The notes under the pieces: model-generated | Database searches by the model: none | Seen by the model: the letters and a program-made list of their open reading frames with translations, nothing else | Told to the model about the DNA's origin: nothing | Assembly: GCF_027921745.1 (NCBI RefSeq) | Contig: NC_079239.1 | Coordinates: 62,001 to 126,000, forward strand | Length of the DNA stretch: 64,000 nucleotides | DNA from: Schizosaccharomyces osmophilus | Taxonomy: Eukaryota | Direction of reading: 5' to 3' | In this document: positions 11,858 to 22,273 of the stretch, piece after piece | Layout of the letters: each line of letters starts with the position of its first letter | Position numbering within the stretch: the stretch's first letter is position 1 | Translations under genes and position numbers: made by a program

Positions 11858-12041
11858 TTTGTAATAGAGGGACTCTTTTGTATTATGATAGTAGAATATT
11901 TCGGCCTTGAGATCATGGAAAAATATCATGATAATATATTAATCAATTAAGAAGGATTAAAAATAAATAATAAAGACAATTTTTGTGTTTGAATTTAGCG
12001 AAAAATTGAATGCCTGTAAGCAAAAGATAGCTTAGAAATAC

Positions 12042-13316
12042 TTAGATTTCCACACTTGCTGTGTAAGCAAGTTGCTCATTTTGGGAGGGATACCAAATAT
12101 AGCAAGGAATGATGATTTCAATGATATAGCGAAGGGGCCAATACACGAAACCGTAATCACGGAAAATGCTGTCACCGAAGCAGTCTACCGGAGATGACAA
12201 GGAACAAAAAATAAAAACAGCAATGCAGTAAATCAGGGAACGTTTACAAACCTTCGCAAAGCATGAAGATTTGGTATTTAATTGATCCTGTTCCTTATAA
12301 AGTGCAAAAATTGAAGACAACCAAACAATGTTGGAAACGGATCTATTTAGCCATTCATTAAGGAATACAACAGGTTCAATACCAATCGCTGCAGAAAGAA
12401 TACCGAAGGTATCACTCACTGCAATAAGAATACTGAAGGAAAGTAAAAAAGAAAACACACCGGCAATCATGAAAAAGAGCTTGAATTGAACAGGTCGCCA
12501 AACCCCAATACCAAAAGAGGCAAGTAAAAGAAGTAGACGACGAATAAAAACCTCAATTGGGTAATCGAAGTTGTTGTAGATATAAGGAATACTAATATCT
12601 AAAGTGATACCAATTGCTATAGCAACAATATGTATTAATAACCCATACTGAATAGGCAGTACTTTTGCTGGTTGGGACAGGAGTGCGTAGATCCAAATAC
12701 AAGCTGGGAGTAATAAGAAAGGTGTAACAATTAATGAAGTGAAATCAAAGTTATTCGAAAAAGACTCATACTCATCAATATCATAATTATGATCACTGAA
12801 GTAAACATTAGAACCAGCAGCAGAACCCAAGCTTGTCAACGGTCTCGTAGCAGTACAATAAAGACCCGAGTCATTTATCTTCAACTGAAAATCCTGGTAA
12901 TTAGTATCGCGCGAAACTATACTGTTTACCACCGAACTTTTGTTGCAGTTGAATGCCCCAGTCAACTCATGTCGCTTCTCCGGAGGAATATAAATAAAAG
13001 TTTCAAAGCTGTCTACATCAAGCTGCGAGAAAAGCTCAGATAGAGATTCCGTTTCTCCTAAGGAGCCCAAAGCACACTCCGAATCCTTTGCATTAAAATA
13101 TGTCGTAGCCGTTGGATTTTCATCTCCAGCAATATAATAATAAGAAAAGAAAGCGTTTGTATTATTGTCACGCAGTTCTACATTTTCACATTCAATGCTG
13201 ATATGATACTGTCTATGTTCAGGAATGTAGACACCAAATCGAGCACTACTCACCTGCAAGATGCAATAGAGAGAAACCAGCCATAACAGCCAACTTCTTC
13301 CTGGAAAAAGATCCAT
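12042..13316 (-). CDS. Diverged Ptm1/TMEM87/GPR107 (GOST) family 7-TM protein
   Basis: Signal peptide; lumenal domain with GLYC; ~7 TM region with LPIQY, LLLLASFGIGVWRP and CYIWYPSQN, resembling Ptm1 motifs LPVQ, GYGVVKP and LWRP. Confidence 0.7.
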   Translation of the reverse strand: MDLFPGRSWLLWLVSLYCILQVSSARFGVYIPEHRQYHISIECENVELRDNNTNAFFSYYYIAGDENPTATTYFNAKDSECALGSLGETESLSELFSQLDVDSFETFIYIPPEKRHELTGAFNCNKSSVVNSIVSRDTNYQDFQLKINDSGLYCTATRPLTSLGSAAGSNVYFSDHNYDIDEYESFSNNFDFTSLIVTPFLLLPACIWIYALLSQPAKVLPIQYGLLIHIVAIAIGITLDISIPYIYNNFDYPIEVFIRRLLLLLASFGIGVWRPVQFKLFFMIAGVFSFLLSFSILIAVSDTFGILSAAIGIEPVVFLNEWLNRSVSNIVWLSSIFALYKEQDQLNTKSSCFAKVCKRSLIYCIAVFIFCSLSSPVDCFGDSIFRDYGFVYWPLRYIIEIIIPCYIWYPSQNEQLAYTASVEI

Positions 13317-14037
13317 TTGAACTTTTTCTGGCTCTTATTTCGTTGTCGGTTGAAAATAGAACAGAAAAAACATGCTGTTCAGCTATAAGGTGGGGTTTGT
13401 ACGCAATGGCAAGAAAGTTGGTTCCAAGGTCTAGACACTCTACCATAATCATCTCCCATATATTTGAAAGCGTAAAGCATTCCAAATCCACATGTGAATT
13501 TGAGTTTCCTTCCTTTTGCCTTGGAAGGATTCCTTTGAATACAAGCAAAAGAAATCACCAACGTGTCGTTTATCCAAATCATATCCAATAGGTTTTCGAC
13601 CATTCTAAATAGTCATGTTTTCCATGAAACATGAAACGGTTCTCCTCGAAACAGTCCTTTATTTATTTATTTATACATTCATTCTCTTCCTGCAATGGGA
13701 AAGGTCAAAATGTCCTCCTTTGTACGATACTTTCACGATAAAACGACTTTGTTCCTTCCTGTAATCTCAACAGAAGGCAATGCAGCTTGTTAAAAAGAAT
13801 ACTGTCGACAAACAGACTGGCTTATACCATTTACGAGTTGTGAAGACAAATACGGTAATCCCCAAATCCACCGGGTCTCCGTCATCCTATCAGATCATAC
13901 TTGGTGAAAATTTCTGAATGAAACAAGTGGAAAAGCAAGCAACCCATGCATCATCGATTGGTGAAAACCATGAGCAATGGAACAGGAAGAACTGGGAATA
14001 AGCACGGCATATTCCCAACCCGTCCTTTGATGTTGCT

Positions 14038-14045
14038 TTACGTCA
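14038..14045. promoter_or_regulatory. CRE / Atf1-Pcr1 site upstream of pmp20
   Basis: TTACGTCA ~120 bp upstream of the ATG of a stress gene. Confidence 0.5.
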
Positions 14046-14165
14046 CCAAAAGAAACGCAAAGAAAATTCATCGAGGGTGGCATTCAGATATAAAAGTGGG
14101 CGACTTGGCAGACTTGTCTCAACTATAACAAGAAGAAACATCTTTTATCTATCAATTCTTTAACA

Positions 14166-14636
14166 ATGGTCGCTGTTGGAACTCCTTTGCCTAAAGTTAC
14201 CCTCTGGGAAGACAAGCCCGGTCAAAATGTTGAATTGCCATCTCAGGGCAAGATCATCGTTGTCGGTGTACCTGGTGCATTCACTCCTCCTTGCTCTTCT
14301 CACGTCCCTGGATACGTCGCCAACGAAAAGGCTTTTGAAGCTAAGGGTGTCGCTGGCGTTTACGTTGTTGCTGTCAATGACGTTTTCTGCACTGCTGCCT
14401 GGAAGAAGACTTTTGAAGGCGGTGAACAAAGCAAGGTCCACTTCCTTGCTGACTGGAACGGTCAATTCACCAAGGGCTTTGATGCCTCTTTTGATGCTAG
14501 CGGACTCTTAGGTCCTCTCCGCTCCCAGCGTTATGCCGCTGTTGTCGAGGATGGCAAAGTCACCAAGGCTTTTGTTGAAGACGAAGTCACTAATGTCAGC
14601 GTTACTGCTGCCGACAACGTCCTCAAGTCTCTTTAA
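14166..14636 (+). CDS. pmp20: Peroxiredoxin, Prx5/Pmp20 family
   Basis: 156 aa with VPGAFTPPCS motif; strongly biased codon usage; near ura4. Confidence 0.95.
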   Translation: MVAVGTPLPKVTLWEDKPGQNVELPSQGKIIVVGVPGAFTPPCSSHVPGYVANEKAFEAKGVAGVYVVAVNDVFCTAAWKKTFEGGEQSKVHFLADWNGQFTKGFDASFDASGLLGPLRSQRYAAVVEDGKVTKAFVEDEVTNVSVTAADNVLKSL

Positions 14637-15157
14637 ATCAATGAAAACAGAATCGACTGATCAAAAGAGTATGCTGAGATGCATTCAAAAGCGGTCTAGG
14701 TGCTTTTTTTCGTCGATGCATGGACTCACTGTATCATGATATTTTATGATGAATAGACGTAATGAATGAAAACTGTCTTAGTATTTCCTTTTAATACGAT
14801 GTATCATATTGCGGGGAGGTGTAATAATTTTGTGTAGAATTCAAATGTTGTCGATATTATTTGTCTGTAGCTAAGACGGTAGGAGAGACAAAGAGACAAG
14901 TAGGTATTTCTTTGGAAAGAGCATTGTAGGGATAGTATTGGAATTGGTTTTGGTTGATGCAGCAGAGGAGCTTCACATCGGTAGCCAAAGAGATTGACCC
15001 AACCGTCAGAGATCCCTAGAGATCCCTTGTTTATCCTTTTCTCTTTTCTATTTCTACTGACTTTTTTCATTGAATTCATCAAATGAAGGAACGATGGTGA
15101 TAGTGACTTGCCCTTCCAGTACCCTGTTTGCCTATACACTCCCAAGGCGTATGTAGG

Positions 15158-15184
15158 CACCCACACCCACACCCACACCCACAC
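15158..15184 (+). repeat. (CACCCA)n simple repeat
   Basis: About 4.5 tandem hexamers read directly. Confidence 0.8.
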
Positions 15185-15428
15185 AGTAATTGTCTGTATG
15201 TTTTCCATGTAACGAGTTCTTTGAATCCAAATAGGGTAGCCATTAATTCCATACTTATATGTTGTTTTCTTTTTCTTTTTTTTTTTTTTTTTATGTGATA
15301 TTCCTCTTTTGTAAGCCAACTTCATCTAGCATTCAAACAAAGCCGGAATTGTTTTGAGGTTTCTCATTTCTCTGCGTGTTTCCCACCTTGTGTTTCTTTG
15401 TCGATCTATGGACTTTTTTGTCAGCATC

Positions 15429-15653
15429 ATGAAGGTATCTAAAGCGTTGACGCTTACATTTGCAGGTATTATTGTTGTGTCATCTCTAGTCGTGGCCTTT
15501 TCGCCTTCCTCAAAATCAGCTCATTTAAAATCCTGGTCTAAACGGCAATTGATTTTGTACTGCGAAAGAAACGGTTTAGACAGCTCCGGCTCGTACATGG
15601 ATTTACTCACTCGTGTTGAGGAGCATCAAAAGTCCAATGCTTCAGCTGACTAA
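15429..15653 (+). CDS. new25: Small membrane-anchored protein with an Ish1/SAP-like helical motif (alternative ATG at 15408)
   Basis: N-terminal TM followed by SWSKRQLILYCERNGL...DLLTRV; lies between pmp20 and ura4, where S. pombe new25 lies. Confidence 0.55.
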   Translation: MKVSKALTLTFAGIIVVSSLVVAFSPSSKSAHLKSWSKRQLILYCERNGLDSSGSYMDLLTRVEEHQKSNASAD

Positions 15654-16225
15654 ACAAACATAAAGAAGAAAAAGATGTTTATTATAACCGATTGTCCTCT
15701 ACATGACTTATTTTTGTAACACGACCCATGGATTGAGGACACATACGTCCAGTTTTTGCTGAGACGAAACATGATTGTTGTCCTATCCACCTTTGTCGAA
15801 AAGCAAAAGAAACTCGGCAAACCATCGTATCCGCTTTCTCGTTGGAAGCGTGCTCATGGAGTATTTTTTTTAGGAGAAAGCTGGGTTGCTCGGCATGCCG
15901 AACCGGTTTCTATCTTTGATTCAGCATCTTCCTTCCTTGAGTTCTGGAAGGATGGATTTAAACGTAAAGACACATACTTTTAATTCGGGGGACTCGCTTT
16001 CCTATAGAATCGTAGTATATCATATTGTTGAGGATTTTTGCGAAATAGCAACTCAGTATACCAAATCTTCAGTAGAGTATTACTTTGTATGTTTTCTATA
16101 AAAGAGCCGAACCTTGGCTACTTCTTTTCAAATGTCCCATTTTCTCACCTGCTTTCTGTGTTTACTTCAATATGGCACTTACAGCTACCCCAAGGACAGC
16201 AACTTTTTGTGGAGACGTAAGAAAA

Positions 16226-17020
16226 ATGGATGCTAGACTCAATCACCAATATTCTGAAAGAGCAAATGGGTTAAGCAACCCTCTCGCAAAGTCTTTGCTT
16301 GCTTTAATGGAGGAAAAGCAATCGAATCTGTCTGTTGCCGTTGACTTGACGAAAAAAGCTGACATCCTTGCTCTCGTTGATAAAATTGGTCCTTTTGTAT
16401 GTGTTATTAAAACGCATGTCGATGTCATTGAAGATTTTGATCAAGACTTCGTTCAGCAATTGACTGCCCTTTCTAAGAAACATCGATTCTTCATTTTCGA
16501 GGACCGTAAATTTGCCGATATTGGAAATACTGTCAAGCTCCAATACTCTTCTGGTGTTTACAAAATTGCTTCTTGGGCCCATATTACTAACTGTCATACC
16601 GTTCCTGGAGAAGGCATTGTTCAGGGTTTAAAGGAAGTTGGCTTACCTCTTGGTCGCGGTTTGCTTCTCTTGGCAGAAATGTCTTCCAAGGGAAGCCTTG
16701 CCACTGGCTCCTACACACAGAATACTTTAGAATGGGCCGAAAAGCATAGTGACTTTTGCATTGGCTTCATTGCTGGTCGTCGTTTCCCCAACCTTCAGCA
16801 TGATTTTATCACCATGTCTCCCGGTATTGGGTTGGATGTTAAGGGCGACGGTATGGGCCAGCAATACCGTACACCCCATGAGGTTATTGTGAATTGTGGC
16901 AGCGATATTATTATTGTTGGTCGTGGAATCTATGGTGCTGGCCGGGACCCTCTGGTTGAAGCCCAACGTTACAAAAAAGCAGGTTGGGATGCCTACCAAA
17001 AACGTCTTACCAGAAAATAG
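16226..17020 (+). CDS. ura4: Orotidine 5'-phosphate decarboxylase
   Basis: [13 protein letters not shown] signature; 264 aa from the MDAR start, the same length as S. pombe Ura4. Confidence 0.98.
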   Translation: MDARLNHQYSERANGLSNPLAKSLLALMEEKQSNLSVAVDLTKKADILALVDKIGPFVCVIKTHVDVIEDFDQDFVQQLTALSKKHRFFIFEDRKFADIGNTVKLQYSSGVYKIASWAHITNCHTVPGEGIVQGLKEVGLPLGRGLLLLAEMSSKGSLATGSYTQNTLEWAEKHSDFCIGFIAGRRFPNLQHDFITMSPGIGLDVKGDGMGQQYRTPHEVIVNCGSDIIIVGRGIYGAGRDPLVEAQRYKKAGWDAYQKRLTRK

Positions 17021-17468
17021 CAAATGTGTTTGGGTTCAACTGACTATATATTTAAAGTGAGTATTTAGCATGGATGAACTTGGTTGTTTTTGATTGATCC
17101 ATGACATGGCTAACAGTATCTTATTTTTTTTGTTAAAATGAATGGCTTAGTTTGATATAACCACTGTAGGTTTGACAAATTTAATGTAGAAAACTAATAT
17201 GTAACCCATTGATGAAGTTTAACGAAAAAGACAATTATCGCTGCTTTCGCCTTGTTCCAACCGAGCAGAATACACATGACTTGGAAAAGTATGTAGGAAG
17301 AAGCTCTTTTTCTTGCTGCAAACGCATTTCAAGTACATTCCAAAGTTAAACAAGCCATTCAAGAAATAAGAAGAGACGTATAGAATTAAGAATTATAAAT
17401 TGGAATCTATTTTCATTGCCTAAAAAAGCGTAGGATGTGTGCATAAAACGAACGTAAATGTCAAGTTC

Positions 17469-17798
17469 TTAAAAAAAGAAGCGTAAGAACGTCAAGACGG
17501 CACCAGCGCACATAATAATCAAAAAGAAAACTGTAAATCATTAGGTTAGTTGAAGAAGGGTGAGCAAACTACCAAAAACACATACGGGCTATATTACGAC
17601 GAATCATGCTGGGAGGATGCTTAGCAACTCCGTGGTCTTTTGAGTTTGTTTTTACGCGTCGAGTAATATTCTTTTGAAATTGAGCATTTGCACGACGCTG
17701 AGATGGAGTTTGAACGGCCTACAATTCAAATTAGCGCGAATTCAAACACGAAAAAGAAATCCTTAGAAAAAAAGAAAAGATTTCGTACTTACAGGCAT
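17469..17798 (-). CDS. tam14: RAMP4/Ysy6-family ER protein, 66 aa; exons 17798-17793, 17718-17586 and 17530-17469
   Basis: Absent from the ORF track. Canonical GTAAGT/GTATGT...CTAAY...YAG introns splice to MPAVQTPSQRRANAQFQKNITRR...LFFLIIMCAGAVLTFLRFFF; convergent with ura4. Confidence 0.9.
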
Positions 17799-18595
17799 TT
17801 TTTATAAAGAATAGTTTTATTCAAATGAGTTTCTTTCTTTAGAGGACTCCTACAGATGTTCGGTTCAAAAAGCGCGTAGTACGAACAGGCCTTCCTTATT
17901 AAAATAACGCATTGAAAGAAATTGCAGAAATGTAATACAATATCATATTATAGAGAAAATGTAACCAAAAAAGGAGAAATGTGAAACTTTGGAAAAGACA
18001 TTGTAAGCTGGTTTTTTTATAAATTACTTCCAAGCCCATTAACATCCGCGTATAGTTTTACCAAGAGAAGCGTAAACTTAATTATATTGTCATGATAGTC
18101 TTAAGATTCTTATTTACAGCGGTAAACTCATCAATTTGTGTTTGTTTTCTTTCTAAAGCAATCGAATTAAATAAAATTTTTAAGAGTATGAATTTAGGTG
18201 TTCTCACTTTTTGGCACCAGATCGTTAACACAAGGAGTTGAAATTAAATGGATGTATCAATCCTCTTAGAAAAAGCAGTTCATTAGTATAAACGAGATTG
18301 AGCAAAACAAGAACAAAAAAGGAAGATAAGAAAGCACCAGCATAACCCCTTGGTTCAAAGGAAGGATCGTAGTCAAAAGGGTTGTGGGTTTAGGCAGTTA
18401 AAGCATAAAAGAATAGTTCGTAATTAATAAGTGTCACATAATTGAACCAATTGAAAGGTCTTTTAAAAGCGTATACACAGTAAAGAGAAGACGAATCCCT
18501 TTCGAATTCGTTTAAAAAAAAACAAAACCTTACAACGGCTCTACAGTTTTTGGATTAGTAAATATATACGCGCCTCAGTATTATAAATCTCGTGC

Positions 18596-20011
18596 TTAAT
18601 CCTTTGCATAAACTTCCCGTAAAAGTTTGGCAAATACATCCCCGAAATCACGCATAAACACATGCTCACCGAACCGAGCACAAGCAGATCGTGCATTAAC
18701 TCGCATTTCTTGTTGTTCTTGAGTACTGAGGGTTAAAGCTTTTTGGAAAGCTTCTGCATATTCGGCAACAGTAGACGCATGAAATCCTGTAGGTTTTCCT
18801 ATCCAAGGAATGACAATGTCGAACTTCGGTCCACCTGAGTTGTTAACAACAGGTATCAGGCCAGCTGCCATGTACTCAACAACACCAATACCAAAGTGTT
18901 CGTTCCACATATAGTTAACTCCTATCGAGCAGGTTCCAAGATACTCTACCACTTTAGGCCATGGGGCATCTACAATAAATTCGACTCTTTCGATTACCTT
19001 CAATTTTTGAGCGAGCCCTTTCAAAGATTCCACTAGCTTTAAATCTGTCTCATTGCGTGCACTACCAACAAGCAAAAGTTTAGCAGGAGATTCTGGGTGT
19101 TGTTGTATATAAAAAGCAAAGCTGTGAAGCAAGTCTTTATGATTCTTCTCGGGGCGATATTGCGCAAGATAAAGTAAGCTTGATTCCCGTGGACGAAGAA
19201 TATCAACTTTATCAAGTTCTGAAGTATTGCAAGGTGGAAACACCACAGACAAATTAATGTCCTTACCCCATAAGGATGCAATATGATTTTGTGTCCAGGA
19301 AGAATTCGTCATCACAAAATCTGCATGACGACCTGCTTGGCTGTAAATTTTAGCAAACCATCTCCAATAAGCACCTTTGACTTTACTAACAATGGAAACC
19401 TCCTTCAGAGACTTCAACATATCGCTAGAAATTGTCGGATAGTGAACGTAGGCACCAACAGGAATATTAAGAAATGCCTTGACGACCACAAAAGTAAAGG
19501 CATAACCCATCGTATCAATAAAGATATCAGGAGCAAACCGACAAATTGCTTCTAATCCCAAAACCATACTACCCAAAGATTGGCCCAGCAAAGTGAAACG
19601 AGGCCAAACGGCAGGGGACACTAAAAATCGAAGCTTCAAAGGTACAAAGATTACTTTTGAAGAATCCAAATCAATTTCGAACGTTGTTTTTACCCTACGA
19701 AGTGCCTCTTCGGAAGAAACTAAATCTCCAGTATAGATAAGAGAAATAACGTTAGGAAAATCTGTTTGGACAGACTTTACAGCAGTCCATAGGACACGTT
19801 CTCCACCTCCTCCAGCATTGCAGTAAGGATGGAAAAATCCAACGGTACGTGCAATTTTAGGCACAACGCCCACTTTCTCATATATATCGGCTTTACGCTT
19901 GGCTACCCGTTGCAAAAGATGTCGTCCTAAGGCTTGACATATTGCACGACGAATTTCTCGATGCATCGCAAGAAATGCAATTGCACTGACTATACAAAGC
20001 GTAAATAACAT
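18596..20011 (-). CDS. alg11: GDP-Man:Man3GlcNAc2-PP-Dol alpha-1,2-mannosyltransferase
   Basis: [18 protein letters not shown] and [15 protein letters not shown] motifs; 471 aa. Confidence 0.97.
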   Translation of the reverse strand: MLFTLCIVSAIAFLAMHREIRRAICQALGRHLLQRVAKRKADIYEKVGVVPKIARTVGFFHPYCNAGGGGERVLWTAVKSVQTDFPNVISLIYTGDLVSSEEALRRVKTTFEIDLDSSKVIFVPLKLRFLVSPAVWPRFTLLGQSLGSMVLGLEAICRFAPDIFIDTMGYAFTFVVVKAFLNIPVGAYVHYPTISSDMLKSLKEVSIVSKVKGAYWRWFAKIYSQAGRHADFVMTNSSWTQNHIASLWGKDINLSVVFPPCNTSELDKVDILRPRESSLLYLAQYRPEKNHKDLLHSFAFYIQQHPESPAKLLLVGSARNETDLKLVESLKGLAQKLKVIERVEFIVDAPWPKVVEYLGTCSIGVNYMWNEHFGIGVVEYMAAGLIPVVNNSGGPKFDIVIPWIGKPTGFHASTVAEYAEAFQKALTLSTQEQQEMRVNARSACARFGEHVFMRDFGDVFAKLLREVYAKD

Positions 20012-20652
20012 CTTTTCGGCTATTTGAAAGAATATAAAGAATCACCAGACAAGAAAATGTAACCAAAAGAAACAATATAGAACAAGGAAAACAAGAAAGA
20101 AACGAGAGCCGATTTATGAATTACCTAGCCGCAAGATAATGGCAGCAAATCTACCAAAAACAAATAGAAAAACAAAGTCTTTCCAGAATGTTAAGAAAGT
20201 CAAGTTAAACGAGCTTAGATTCCTCTAAATGAACGATAATTGAGCAACCTATCAAAACGGTAGTTGCTAAGACGAAAGCAACAAACTTGCTAATATTACT
20301 TTTACATATAATATTAAAGAGGGGCTTGAAGAATAAAATGGATACTGATGAATGATCAACTCGCATGTAATTAAAAGTTACAGCGTATTGTTGAGCGAAT
20401 AAACCAAGGATTCAATAGCACTCATCGCATTAAGCATTATAGGTAGCTAAGTTCGCCAAGTAGAAAAGCCAAGAAGGCATAAAATGTTCGTTTGCTTCTA
20501 ATTACCGAACTCTTGCTTTTCTTTCCCAAGATTTGGCAAAACACCTTCAAAATTTCAATACGTGAACTAGTTTAAAAGATTCTACTAAAATTTACCATGA
20601 TGTCAACGGACAATATGCCAACAAAACCATTTTCATTCATTCTGTATTAAAT

Positions 20653-21222
20653 TTACTCCAACTCGGTAATGTTGCCACGCTCAGAAACATAGATACCATC
20701 CAAGAACTTACGAATATCCTTGTTACGGACATTGCAAGCTTGCTTAATGTTGGCAGAAGACTGAGAGACGTTTTCCAAAGAGTTGCCCTCAATGATCAAT
20801 TCATCCTTGACGTTAGCAGACATGGAAACGGTAACACCGGGCAAGCACTTGATGACACGAGTGATACGCTCACCCAAGAAGTTGCGAATCTCGACAACGC
20901 TACCGTTTTCGGACAAGTTGATGTTGATGGGAAAGTGTGCATAGACAAGACGCATCTTGTAACGGAAACCTTGAGTAACACCGATCATCATGTTATTGAT
21001 GATGGAGTAGACGGTACGAAGGCAAGCGTTGTGTAAACGAGCACCGTGCCAGACAATGAATTTGATAACATTGCCTTGCTTCTTCATTTCCAAGTCAATA
21101 TGGCGCAAGCTCTTAGAAAGAGTACCACGAGGACCGGTTACGGTGACTTGGCGGGCTTTAATATCGACGCTAACTCCCTTGGGAATAGTCAAAGTTTCGT
21201 CCTTGTAAATGTCGCGGCCCAT
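20653..21222 (-). CDS. rpl902: 60S ribosomal protein L9 (uL6)
   Basis: Canonical uL6 sequence ([21 protein letters not shown]); paralogue number inferred from adjacency to rpl35. Confidence 0.95.
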   Translation of the reverse strand: MGRDIYKDETLTIPKGVSVDIKARQVTVTGPRGTLSKSLRHIDLEMKKQGNVIKFIVWHGARLHNACLRTVYSIINNMMIGVTQGFRYKMRLVYAHFPININLSENGSVVEIRNFLGERITRVIKCLPGVTVSMSANVKDELIIEGNSLENVSQSSANIKQACNVRNKDIRKFLDGIYVSERGNITELE

Positions 21223-21302
21223 CTTGTATTCTTTAGAACTTTTTTGTATGCACGGCGCTCAACAAGTTTTAGTTTTGTTGTGGATTACTTACTCATAAAA
21301 GA

Positions 21303-21354
21303 CAGTCACGTCTCTATCAACCCTCGTCCTGTTTAGGGTATGGTGGCGTGACTG
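21303..21354. promoter_or_regulatory. Bidirectional ribosomal-protein promoter: inverted Homol D boxes plus a Homol E-like core
   Basis: CAGTCACG (21303-21310) and CGTGACTG (21347-21354) with AGGGTA (21335-21340) between them, in the ~200-bp rpl9/rpl35 gap. Confidence 0.8.
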
Positions 21355-21428
21355 CTTTTTTCTCTGAAAAAGTGGGTGCACAATTCAGCGCGCAACTAGT
21401 TTACTCTTGACCAACGACGAACGACGAG

Positions 21429-22007
21429 ATGGCATTAAAGACCTTTGAACTTCGTAAGCAATCCCAAGAGAAATTGGGTGAGCAATTGCAAGAGCTTCGC
21501 CAAGAGCTTGCCTCTCTCCGCGTGCAAAAGATTGCCGGTGGTTCTGGTTCCAAATTGTCTAAGATGTAAGTTTAAAAGAGGCTGGAGAATAAGCAATGGA
21601 AGCTGGTGTGAGCAAAACGCTTTGATTTGTGAGTTGTGAATAAAGGTTTCCTTGAAAGTAAATCCCGAGAGGTAGAAACAAATTTTCATTGAGAACTGAA
21701 CATGGCACCTAATCCTTGCTATTTTTCAACGGCTTAAGTCTAATGAACATATTTTGATAGCTAACCCCTATGTAGCAAGACCACTCGCAAGGACATTGCT
21801 CGTATCTTGACCGTTATCAACCAATCCAACCGTCTTGCCGTTCGTGAGGCTTACAAGAACAAGAAGTACCTTCCTCTTGATCTCCGTCAAAAGAAGACTC
21901 GTGCTATCCGTCGTGCTCTTTCTCCTTATGAAAAGAGCCGTAAGACCCTTAAGCAAGTCAAGAAGGAACGCCACTTCCCTCTCCGCAAGTACGCCCTCAA
22001 GGCTTAA
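21429..22007 (+). CDS. rpl35: 60S ribosomal protein L35 (uL29); exons 21429-21565 and 21776-22007
   Basis: Spliced product of 122 aa [10 protein letters not shown]...PLRKYALKA; intron GTAAGT...GCTAAC...TAG. Confidence 0.96.
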
Positions 22008-22273
22008 ATTGGTTAGGCTGAATAAAATCTAAGTAATTGCTCCTGCATCTTCCAATATTGTTTCTGTCGTAGTGTTTTGTACAGTAGTAGCATAAGTATC
22101 TTATTTTCTTGTATTCTGTAGTGGGAAGGAGATACTAATTAGACATTTCAGTTTATTTCATCCGTACATACCTGAAATAATCTTTATAATAGAATGAGTT
22201 TGTATTCATCCACACGCCTTTACTCCCTGGGTTGTTGATTCTTCCGTACGAGTACGTCGCCTGTTCAATTTGA

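Noticed and set aside
15158..15184. (CACCCA)n as an internal telomeric repeat
   Set aside because: It does not match fission-yeast GGTTAC-type telomere repeats, so it is treated as a microsatellite.
14804..15325. 173-aa minus-strand ORF
   Set aside because: It is built from a poly(A) run (poly-Lys) and a hexamer repeat (VW repeats) and has no protein-like character.
16085..17020. ura4 as an engineered marker, or the 311-aa ORF as the real product
   Set aside because: The gene is in its native tam14/new25/pmp20 context and differs from S. pombe ura4. The listed ORF starts at a non-ATG codon upstream of the TATA box.
18339..18386. AGCATAACCCCTTGG, matching the start of the T7 terminator, within a small hairpin
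   Set aside because: Only 15 nt match and there is no other vector sequence. The hairpin alone is not enough to call a snoRNA or terminator.
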